Source: Pelomyxa schiedti (taxonomy: Eukaryota > Protista > Evosea). From it: a stretch of 15,391 bases of DNA. Below are positions 8,739-15,391 of the stretch, piece after piece (the stretch's first letter is position 1; every line of letters starts with the position of its first letter). Both the position numbers and the translations under genes were made by a program. The stretch spans positions 38,894-54,284 of the forward strand of contig JAHLWZ010000810.1 in NCBI GenBank assembly GCA_020536535.1, read 5' to 3'. The notes under the pieces are model-generated. The model was not told where the DNA came from, made no database searches, and saw only the letters and a list, made by a program, of their open reading frames with translations.

Positions 8739-8780
8739 GTAGTTGTGCTATGTTTCGACACAAATAACAAATGACTACAG

Positions 8781-8918
8781 GAGTTACTCGGTTCTGGAGA
8801 GGACACAGTACAGAAATTTACGCAGTTCCAGCGGGAAACTGCAATAATGAACTTCTTACATCATCCAAACCTCGTCTCACTTCTTGGAATAACTCTGACG
8901 CCTCCTCGTATGGTTTTA
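8781..8918 (+). CDS. ROCO kinase, exon 15 (kinase subdomains III-V).
   Basis: 'ELLGSGEDTVQKFTQFQRETAIMNFLHHPNLVSLLGITLTPPRMVL'. From memory, Dictyostelium Roco4 reads '[48 protein letters not shown]'. The donor GTATGT is at 8919. Confidence 0.75.
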
Positions 8919-8961
8919 GTATGTACCGCCAGAATAGCCGGAAAGTACTAAGTTCCCACAG

Positions 8962-9124
8962 GAATTCATACCTGGAGGAGACCTTTCACATTTCATGCAC
9001 CCACAAGCAGAGAAGACCATCTCACAAGAAGAATTCGACTGGGTATACAGATTGAACATCGCTATTGACATAGCTCGGGGGATGGAATACCTTCAAAAAA
9101 TAAAACCTCCCGTGATACATCGAG
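8962..9124 (+). CDS. ROCO kinase, exon 16 (kinase subdomains V-VIa).
   Basis: 'EFIPGGDLSHFMH...IAIDIARGMEYLQKIKPPVIHR'. The donor GTAAAT is at 9125. Confidence 0.8.
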
Positions 9125-9172
9125 GTAAATATCTATTACATTCCACTCTTTGCACAGTTCTCAGTGCACTAG

Positions 9173-9237
9173 ATTTACGACCTGCGAATATTTTCCTCAC
9201 TGGAACCACTGAAGGACCAATTTATGCGAAAGTTGCG
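9173..9237 (+). CDS. ROCO kinase, exon 17 (catalytic loop HRDLRPANIFL).
   Basis: The acceptor at 9172 restores 'HR|DLRPANIFLTGTTEGPIYAKVA'. The alternative acceptor at 9157 would destroy the HRD motif. The donor GTATGT is at 9238. Confidence 0.75.
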
Positions 9238-9291
9238 GTATGTGTTTTTGATAGCATTTGGTTCTTTTTTACCAATTCAATTCCACCTTAG

Positions 9292-9298
9292 GATTTTG
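9292..9298 (+). CDS. ROCO kinase, exon 18: a 7-nt micro-exon GATTTTG encoding the DFG motif.
   Basis: This is the only splice solution that keeps both DFG and the downstream 'LSRRVSEMNDSLPNWEWLAPE' in frame. Read-through from either side hits a stop. The acceptor ttccaccttag is at 9291 and the donor GTACCT at 9299. The flanking introns are 54 and 47 nt. Confidence 0.5.
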
Positions 9299-9345
9299 GT
9301 ACCTCGTTGTCTATTCCCGCCTCCCATAACTTCTTACTTTCCAAG

Positions 9346-9456
9346 GTCTCAGCAGAAGGGTATCCGAGATGAATGACTCTCTTCCAAATTGGGAATGGCT
9401 GGCTCCTGAAGTTTATTCAACCTCCTCGGTCACTAAGAAATATGACTGCAGCACAG
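9346..9456 (+). CDS. ROCO kinase, exon 19 (activation segment and APE motif).
   Basis: '(G)LSRRVSEMNDSLPNWEWLAPEVYSTSSVTKKYDCST'. The donor GTTAAT is at 9457. Confidence 0.7.
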
Positions 9457-9503
9457 GTTAATAAGTGGTTAACGGCAAATCAAATTGAACGAACTTCCTT
9501 CAG

Positions 9504-9652
9504 ATGTATATAGCTTTGGGCTTATATTGTATGAAATGGAGGCCTTGCGGATTCCCTATTCGGAATTTCGTGAAGACCCAAGATACAACACAACAGCAGG
9601 CACAAATAAAGCTGGGAAGCCTATTCTAAGATTCCAACTAATTAAATTCAAA
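9504..9652 (+). CDS. ROCO kinase, exon 20 (kinase subdomains IX-X).
   Basis: 'DVYSFGLILYEMEALRIPYSEFREDPRYNTTAGTNKAGKPILRFQLIKFK'. The donor GTACAC is at 9653 and the following intron is 47 nt. Confidence 0.7.
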
Positions 9653-9699
9653 GTACACAAACGCAATTTTTCCCCTTTTAAAATAATACACCCAATTAG

Positions 9700-9882
9700 A
9701 ACGCAATTGAGGAAGGACTGCGGCCCACTCTCCTAGAATCCCCTGAAATACCCCTTGGTTACAATGAATTGATGAAGCAATGCTGGGATAATGACCCCAC
9801 CAATAGACCCACCTTCTCCCAGATTTACGAGGACCTTACAAGGATATATGCAAATAACGACTGCAGTAGCCAACAGCACTAA
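9700..9882 (+). CDS. ROCO kinase, exon 21 (kinase subdomain XI, C-terminus, TAA stop at 9880-9882).
   Basis: 'NAIEEGLRPTLLESPEIPLGYNELMKQCWDNDPTNRPTFSQIYEDLTRIYANNDCSSQQH*'. From memory, Roco4 reads '[39 protein letters not shown]'. An AATAAA-like signal (aataataaa) sits about 30 nt downstream. The summed exon phases give a 4926-nt CDS of about 1641 aa. Confidence 0.75.
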   Translation, partial: NAIEEGLRPTLLESPEIPLGYNELMKQCWDNDPTNRPTFSQIYEDLTRIYANNDCSSQQH

Positions 9883-10233
9883 TTCTAATTCAGTATTGTA
9901 CAAAGAAGAAAGAAATAATAAATTGTATATTGTTTTCTATCTCTGGTTGTTTGGTTTGTATGCACATTGAAAATGTGTATGACTGCACCACTGAAGTTCA
10001 CCGCCTTAACTTAACAGGCTTATGCTTTGGCACCAGAGGGAGGTGAATTACCATAGAACCCTTCGAAATCTTCAAAAAAAAAAGTGTTACAAAGTGTGGT
10101 GCGTGCCTCAACGTTATAAACATATACACGTTATACCGTAAAAATAGGGAAGATACGGTAGTTTTATCAGAAACGGAATTCCCATCTTTGACGTAGTTTT
10201 TGTTTTCGTTTTGCTTGCTGGCAGGCTTCTTGG

Positions 10234-10860
10234 TCATTGAAAGGCAGCAACCAGTAGTATCATGCTTCTCTTCACTTGATCCTGAGAGTTATTCAATATT
10301 GTTAGTGCAGTTCGGGAACTTTCTATACCATTGTGTTGAGAGACAGACTGGGCGTCGGTGGATAAGGTGAAGGCAACTTGTAGTTTCGGTTTCAGCTTTT
10401 GCTTCACCTTTGCTTTCGTACGCGAGTTTGGCGACACAACGGGGTCCTCTGCATTGCCCACCTCCATCGCTTCGTCGGTCGACCGAGCAGTCGTTGCTGG
10501 CGCCGATTCCGCCCATCTGGCCCCTGTGGATGCCGTTTGGCCCCCCAATGGCTGCGGATCGCTCGTCTCCTCATCCTGTCCGTTGTCGCAGGGCAGCGCA
10601 CTCGCAGAAGAAGGTGCGCTGGAACCAGCCGCACGCGCCACAGCGTGCGGGCTTTGGATTCCGCCATCAGCGCTTGAGTTCTGCCCCACGCGCGCGCGCT
10701 TCCGTGCCGTTTCTCGCGCGAAATCCGACGCGTCGCCATGGGAAGAGGGCGACGACGCGGGAGAAAACGCAGGCGAGCGGGCGTGGGCTGCGGACCTGGA
10801 GTGCTGTTGCTGGCGGCGGCGTGGGAGAGCCGTGTGGAGGCTGAGCTGCACGATTTGTTC
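10234..10860 (-). other. Unresolved gene-like segment. The open frame encodes a low-complexity Ser/Ala/Arg-rich peptide ending at the TGA stop at 10234. Both strand and frame are uncertain.
   Basis: The ORF stays open across the GC-rich block 10400-10860, where every frame is open, and across the moderate-GC tail 10240-10400. A strong 3' splice-site motif ttccttgtgtattgcag sits at 10873-10857 (minus). No upstream exon with an in-frame ATG was found and there is no homology to anchor the frame. The plus-strand frame 10358..10882 shows C-ending codon bias similar to genuine genes here. Confidence 0.25.
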
Positions 10861-10956
10861 TGCAATACACAAGGAAATGTGAGAACGTGAAGGTTGGCAA
10901 GTGACTTGTGTGTGAGTGTGTTTTGTTTTGGTGTCAGGGAGAGACAACACAAACAC

Positions 10957-11349
10957 CCAAGTCCATGTGTGCCGTTCGCAAGGTTTTCTTTTTACGAGAT
11001 CTTCGGGTAAGACTACTTACTGTAAGCTCTCAGTGCAACTCACTGTCACTGCTTGGAGGACTGCTCCCCCAAGACCGTGGATCGTGATGTAGGATTATGG
11101 CTGACGGAGGAGCCGGAGTTTTAGGGAGTTACACACATCTTGATATCTGAATCATTCTGCGACTTCGAAGTCGCACTATCAACTGCATCTTCCTCGTTTG
11201 GGGAAAAAAGAGATAGGAAGTTTCTGGTGGCCGAAACCGCAACGGAGTTTTCCTTGGCGTTTTTATATCGATTTTGTTTTATGATGAAAGAAAATAAATA
11301 AATAAACAAACAGACACTCGTTCAATCGCTTATCCCACGCGCCAATAAG
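10957..11349. promoter_or_regulatory. Intergenic and upstream region of the SCP-type phosphatase gene. It may be divergent with the unresolved minus-strand locus.
   Basis: The region is A/T-rich with (aaat)n-like runs at 11290-11310 immediately upstream of the ATG at 11350. Confidence 0.3.
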
Positions 11350-11380
11350 ATGGTGTTGACTGCAGCTGTGTGTTCTCAAA
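11350..11380 (+). CDS. FCP1-homology (SCP/NIF-type CTD small) phosphatase, exon 1, with the ATG at 11350.
   Basis: The context is 'ataagATGG'. Exon 1 encodes MVLTAAVCSQ, followed by a consensus GTGAGT donor at 11381. The 41-nt intron (11381-11421) splices in phase 1 into the only frame carrying the phosphatase domain. That frame has no in-frame ATG before codon 'FMNM' at about 11576. Confidence 0.55.
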
Positions 11381-11421
11381 GTGAGTGCATTCTGCCATAT
11401 CGTACTGTTCATTCTTAACAG

Positions 11422-11705
11422 TAACGATAGGCACGCCACTCAAACAAGAGCAAGAGCCAATAGTAGTGCCAGAGAAACCCAAAGAGAAACCAGCTGCAAA
11501 AAAGTCAGGGATTTCCGCATTGCTATGCAGTGTCTTCTCTGTTCTTTTCAATCCTCTGATTCCGAGGTATGGTGCATTCATGAATATGCTGGCTCCAAAT
11601 CAACCTCATTCTAGACCTCTTCTCGAGGAACCCCATCCAAGTCATGTTGGGAAGAAGACTTTGGTCTTGGATTTAGATGACACCCTTGTCCACAGTTCAT
11701 TTCAA
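11422..11705 (+). CDS. SCP/NIF-type phosphatase, exon 2: a hydrophobic segment plus the DxDxT catalytic motif.
   Basis: '...KKSGISALLCSVFSVLFNPLIP...GKKTLVLDLDDTLVHSSFQ' carries the DLDxTLVHSS signature of the FCP1/SCP family. The donor GTGAGT is at 11706. Confidence 0.8.
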
Positions 11706-11757
11706 GTGAGTCACTCACAATTTATTGTGTTGTGTAAACCTGACAACTGATGCACAG

Positions 11758-11907
11758 CCGGTTGAACACTGTGACATGACGTTCCCAATTGAACTCGAAG
11801 GGAAACCCTTCACTGTTTATTTGAACAAAAGGCCAGGCTTGGATGAGTTCTTGCGTTACGCGACTCAGAATTTTGAAGTAGTAGTTTTCACTGCTAGTCT
11901 CAAACGA
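11758..11907 (+). CDS. SCP/NIF-type phosphatase, exon 3.
   Basis: 'PVEHCDMTFPIELEGKPFTVYLNKRPGLDEFLRYATQNFEVVVFTASLKR' aligns with human SCP1 '[50 protein letters not shown]'. The introns are 52 and 49 nt and both have GTGAGT donors. Confidence 0.85.
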
Positions 11908-11956
11908 GTGAGTTTCTGCTTTGTAATTTCACACATTTACTTACTTGATTTTCCAG

Positions 11957-12460
11957 TACGCGGATCCAGTTATAAACGCGATTGATCCGGACCACACAAT
12001 TCCCCACAGACTCTACAGAGGGTCATGCACAATGATACAGGGGCACTACATAAAGGACTTGAGCAGATTGGGCAGAGAGCTCCGGAACTGCATCATTGTT
12101 GACAATTCCCCAGTGTCTTACGCCCTTCATGCCCAGCACGCCATTCCAATCTCCACCTATGTAAATAGTCCCCATGATAGGTGCTTGGATTCGCTCCGCT
12201 TGATCCTTGATCAAGTCAACTCACACCCCGATGTGTGCGCGACCCTCAAGTGGGTTTTAAAGAGCCCTCTTGCCGCCGATCACATGGCGCAAGCAGAGCT
12301 CTCAGCGCGAGCCACTCTCGCGCCCCCCAAAGCTACAACAATCACCATCGCATCAACAACGACGTCATCTTCAAGAGCCACTGCGCCGCCAAACGCGCCA
12401 ACAATGACTACTGAATGCACATCAAAAACGCTAGTGCTCACAGCCAGTGGTCAGAGTTGA
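11957..12460 (+). CDS. SCP/NIF-type phosphatase, exon 4 (TGA stop at 12458-12460).
   Basis: '[69 protein letters not shown]' aligns with SCP1 '[69 protein letters not shown]'. It has a Thr/Ser/Ala-rich C-terminal tail. An AATAAA lies at about 12692. The total CDS is 969 nt, or 322 aa. Confidence 0.85.
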   Translation, partial: [167 protein letters not shown]

Positions 12461-12817
12461 ATCTGCCAGATCCGCCGTTTACGGTGGTCTCTACGATGTG
12501 GGCCGGCTAAGTCACGTGCCCCTCCCGCAGGGATCTCACCCTGTTGTATTTATTTTTGTTTTGACATAAAAAAGACAAAAGCAACTATTTTGCCCAAACT
12601 CTTTTCCTATTTCTTTTTCTCGGTGCAACTGCTTAGCTGGTCTCCTTTGGCATCATTTCCCTGCAGACCCTTATGTCACGATCTGGGTAGGAATAAAGCA
12701 ATCTAGTAAATAAACAAACCACACAAGGGACCGCAAGGGGGATCAGACATAAGAAGGAAATCAACAAAAAGGAAAACAAAGAAAAAAAAAAGTACGCAGA
12801 CCAACGTAACAACAAGA

Positions 12818-13212
12818 ATGGACGCGACACAAGCCAAAACTACTGAAGTCGTAACGGCACCTATTGCTACGCAACAACCTTCGGCCGCAGAAAGTTGTTC
12901 CACAAAGGTACTCGAAGTTAGCCCTCCAAGTGAAACAGACAAACAAAATTGTACCAATGGAGAAGCAGTAGTGCCAGAAAAAAAAGAACTAGAACCAAAA
13001 AATAAAGACGCAACCGAAGCGCCTCAAACACAGCAAGCTGAACAAAACACACAAATACCAACACAACAGCAACAAGAAGCAGCCGTGCAACCAGGTGATG
13101 GGAAGCCAGTCCCACCAAACGATAACCGTACCTTGTACTTTGGAGGCCTCGCGTGGCAAACATCGGAGTCTGACTTGGCTCATCACATTGAAGATACATG
13201 CGGTTGTCAAGT
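12818..13212 (+). CDS. Two-RRM RNA-binding protein, exon 1: a Q/E/T-rich N-terminus and the first half of RRM1 (RNP-2 'LYFGGL').
   Basis: The ATG at 12818 has the context acaagaATGG and follows an A-rich leader. The exon ends in phase 2 at a GTGAGT donor (13213). A 44-nt intron follows. Confidence 0.75.
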
Positions 13213-13256
13213 GTGAGTCACTCCTTGCTTCATTATTTTCAATTAATTTTGTCTAG

Positions 13257-14055
13257 GTTGGCAGTTGACATAAAAACCAAAGGAAGACAATCTTTAGGTT
13301 TTGGGTTTGTGGAAGTAGATACCCCTGAATCTGCATCAGTAGTAGTCAGTAAGCTGCACAATCAATCATTCCAGGGCCGTGTGATATCGGTGGATTTTGC
13401 TCGCCCTCGTAACTTCGTTCCGTCATCTTCTAGCTCGACATCGTCTTCAACAAACTCGACGTCAACATCCTCTCCTGTGCTATCCAGACCACCAATGCGA
13501 ACGGGCTTTCGCACCCAATGGGGGAATTCATACGGATTTCCAATGCCCAGAATGTGGCCAAGATTCCCGCGGGTGAGATATCCTTTTGTGCAAGCACCTA
13601 TTATGCCGAGATATACCCCACAACCAGCATTGATAGCTCAACCAAAGATGTCACTACCACCCCCTCAGCCACAGCTTCCCCTTCCCCCACCACCTCTAAT
13701 TCAAACCCACACTGTTTCCCAACCACTCATTTCTTCTCAGCCATCTGCTCCCCAGTCCCTTCTACCACAACAAGATGGAAGATATTCTATGCCACAGCGC
13801 CGTGGTCAATCTGTATCAGCCCAGCCTTTGCTCCCTACAACCCCGAGCCAACCTGCATTCCAGACCCCGGTATACAATGCCGCACCTCCTGCAATGCAAT
13901 CTACCACCCAATCTCAACAAACTAGACAAGGTGCTCCAATTCAACAGAACTTCCAGCGAGAAAGGTTTATTTTATTTGCTGCCCATCCCCTTTATCTCAA
14001 TAGTGATAGACAATTCTTTACTCAGCGGAGTTACAACGGACAAAGATCACCCAAG
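13257..14055 (+). CDS. RRM protein, exon 2: the RNP-1 motif of RRM1 plus a long Ser/Pro/Gln-rich linker.
   Basis: '(V)LAVDIKTKGRQSLGFGFVEVDTPESASVVVSKLHNQSFQGRVISVDFARPRN' has the RNP-1 octamer LGFGFVEV. The open frame runs to the GTAACA donor at 14056. A 39-nt in-frame GT..AG segment near 13960 cannot be ruled in or out as an intron. Confidence 0.65.
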
Positions 14056-14108
14056 GTAACAAATGCAATTTTGGTTACGGAGCCTAACTGCGAATTTAAA
14101 TAAAATAG

Positions 14109-14524
14109 TCTAGAAATATGTTGGCAATCAACTACCCTGCACCAGCAGCACAAATGATCAATCAGAACCCCCGAACCAACACTGGCATTTCCTACCAACA
14201 ACAGTACAACCAAGCACCGCAGATGTTGCAGTCACCACAGTGGCCACAGGTAGGCCAACCGCAACAAATGATGCAACCACAAATGATGCAGCCGCAAATG
14301 ATGCAACCACAACAAATGATGCAGGCACCTCAGATGATGCAACCACAAATGATGCAACCCCAGATGATGCAGCCTCAACAAATGATGCCGCAGTCCCAGA
14401 TGATGCAACCACAACAAATGATGCAACCACAGCAAATGATGCAGCCACAACAAATGATGCAGCAACCCCAGATGATGCAACCGCAGCAAATGATGCAGCC
14501 ACAGATGAATTATCCTCCAAGAAG
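14109..14524 (+). CDS. RRM protein, exon 3: a Gln/Pro/Met-rich tandem-repeat domain.
   Basis: The 53-nt intron 14056-14108 shifts the frame into 'SRNMLAINYPAPAAQMINQN...QPQQMMQPQMMQPQMMQPQQMM...QPQMNYPPR'. This is the only frame that continues in phase into RRM2. The donor GTTCTT is at 14525. Confidence 0.6.
14256..14507 (+). repeat. Imperfect 15/18-nt coding tandem repeat of about 15 units: CAACC(A/G)CA(A/G)(CAA)ATGATG.
   Basis: Seen directly. Units such as caaccacaaatgatg, cagccgcaaatgatg, caaccacaacaaatgatg and caaccccagatgatg vary mostly at synonymous positions, giving (Q)PQ(Q)MM peptide repeats. It produces spurious long ORFs in five other frames. Confidence 0.85.
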
Positions 14525-14567
14525 GTTCTTCCTCTTTGGAGGTTGCCAAATTACTGACTCTCTTCAG

Positions 14568-14667
14568 GGTTGAATCCCGCACTACCCTCTATATCGGAAA
14601 CCTTCCTGCTGTTGTTACCGATGCCACACTTAGGGAGATTTTTTCAGAGATGCCCGTGAAGGTTAAG
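14568..14667 (+). CDS. RRM protein, exon 4: the first half of RRM2 (RNP-2 'LYIGNL').
   Basis: '(R)VESRTTLYIGNLPAVVTDATLREIFSEMPVKVK'. The donor GTATGA is at 14668 and a 48-nt intron follows. Confidence 0.7.
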
Positions 14668-14715
14668 GTATGACGTACTTATGTTCCACTTCTCTTCTCA
14701 TAGTTCTTTTTACAG

Positions 14716-14863
14716 AACTGTAATGTCGCTCAAACGAACGATGGTCGCAGCAAAGGATTTGGATTTGTAGAATTCGCGTCTGAGCGCGATTTCCAGACTG
14801 CCTTAGAAACACTTGACAAGATCGAGATTGATGGCAATGTACTCATCCTCAAGCCTGCTCGTT
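14716..14863 (+). CDS. RRM protein, exon 5: RNP-1 of RRM2.
   Basis: 'NCNVAQTNDGRSKGFGFVEFASERDFQTALETLDKIEIDGNVLILKPAR' carries the canonical KGFGFVEF motif. A GTGAGT donor is at 14864. Confidence 0.7.
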
Positions 14864-14907
14864 GTGAGTTCCCTCTCGTTCCCCTTTCCCTTCTAACGTA
14901 ACACAAG

Positions 14908-14924
14908 TGCCTGTTCGTATGTGA
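14908..14924 (+). CDS. RRM protein, putative terminal micro-exon ('LPVRM', stop at 14922-14924). The alternative is read-through to the TAA at 14899-14901.
   Basis: A 44-nt intron (14864-14907) would use the GTGAGT donor and a CTAAC branch-like motif. Without splicing, the ORF ends 12 codons later. Either way the gene terminates near 14900-14925, and an AATAAG/AT-rich signal follows. Confidence 0.35.
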
Positions 14925-15391
14925 TCAGACTCTGGATAGGAAAAATAAGAATAATATAATTATTTGTTTTTCTCCTATGATGATTGGTGACTAGGGCATT
15001 GCCGTACAATGCACGCTCTTAATTTCCGGCTGCTTTTGCATGCAATTAACTACGATGATGGGAGACGGCGCTGGCGCAAAAGCCGAGGAGCAAGGTGTAC
15101 AAGTTGGTGCATTGGAGGCATTTTCGGTGTGCTGGCGGCCTGAGGATATTTTGGAGACTGAGGGAGGAGGCGTTTTGTGTCAGTACTCCCCTGCGTCGGC
15201 TGATGGTCCGTGTTTGACACACATCGTTTTCAGTTTGGCATATTAAATCGGGAGTTTGCAGGCTCTCGATGCGTTGGGGTTGTTGCTGTGTTGCGGCCAG
15301 AGACGTGTGATCAATCCTCTGCATTAAAGAGTGCGGAACGGGGACCGCAGATCTCAAAAGGGTTTGTGTGCCCTTCACCAGATCTGTGTTA

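Noticed and set aside
9157-9172. Upstream acceptor (ttgcacag, 9157) for kinase exon 17
   Set aside because: It would give 'VIHRVLSALDLRPANIFL' and destroy the invariant HRD catalytic motif. The acceptor at 9172 restores HRDLRPANIFL.
10667-10956. Arg-rich ORFs in the 10400-10950 GC block (10404..10952 -, 10667..10900 -, plus 'MGRGRRRGRKRRRAG' at about 10737 with a gccATGG context)
   Set aside because: CGN-rich, stop-free sequence produces basic ORFs by chance. They have no homology or splice support, so they are folded into the single unresolved-locus finding.
12633-13210. Minus-strand ORFs 12633..12830, 12703..12957, 12761..12946, 12918..13199 and 12989..13210
   Set aside because: They are antisense to the RRM gene 5' leader and exon 1. 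They are low-complexity, hydrophobic or poly-F/L peptides arising from A-rich sense sequence.
14240-14582. ORF 14240..14557 (+) 'TNDATTNDAA...' and antisense ORFs 14158..14520 and 14232..14582 (-) over the tandem repeat
   Set aside because: These are frame and strand artefacts of the 15/18-nt repeat. Only the Q/P/M frame splices in phase into the downstream RRM2 exon.
1-15391. Prokaryotic interpretations (operons, defence islands, CRISPR arrays, mobile elements)
   Set aside because: Four of the five genes need spliceosomal introns to be read, and the proteins belong to eukaryote-specific families (MVP, ROCO with a TKL kinase, SCP phosphatase, RRM). There are no direct-repeat or spacer arrays and no rRNA or tRNA-like sequences, and no transposase or integrase ORFs were seen.

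Overview
The window is eukaryotic nuclear DNA, not prokaryotic. It carries five genes in about 15 kb, all with canonical GT-AG spliceosomal introns in a very narrow size class: 41-56 nt for all but two, which are 98 and 142 nt. (1) A major vault protein (MVP) gene on the minus strand has 4 exons, 858..3600, and encodes 832 aa. It aligns end-to-end with metazoan MVP. (2) Head-to-head with it on the plus strand, about 4044..9882, is a large ROCO-family gene with ARM-like, LRR, Roc GTPase, COR and protein-kinase domains. I recovered about 21 exons, including a 7-nt micro-exon that encodes the kinase DFG motif. From memory, the kinase is strikingly similar to Dictyostelium Roco4. (3) The GC-rich locus 9998..11340 is unresolved and has no homology anchor. 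(4) An SCP/NIF-type FCP1-homology (CTD small phosphatase) gene on the plus strand, 11350..12460, has 4 exons. (5) A two-RRM RNA-binding protein gene on the plus strand, 12818..about 14924, has an internal (Q)PQ(Q)MM tandem repeat. Intergenic spacers are only about 300-450 bp, so the gene space is compact. Codon bias is GC3-rich in MVP and weaker in the ROCO gene, and there are two roughly 500-bp GC/CpG-rich blocks with no stop codons in any frame. The G18-C-G6 homopolymer at the 5' edge is most likely a cloning or sequencing artefact. I found no CRISPR arrays, rRNA or tRNA genes, or prokaryotic-style systems. The most unusual items are the ROCO gene architecture (5' GC-rich block, many tiny introns, the DFG micro-exon) and the divergent MVP-ROCO gene pair. 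The source organism cannot be named from the sequence. The Roco4-like kinase together with MVP suggests an amoebozoan-like or other protist lineage.
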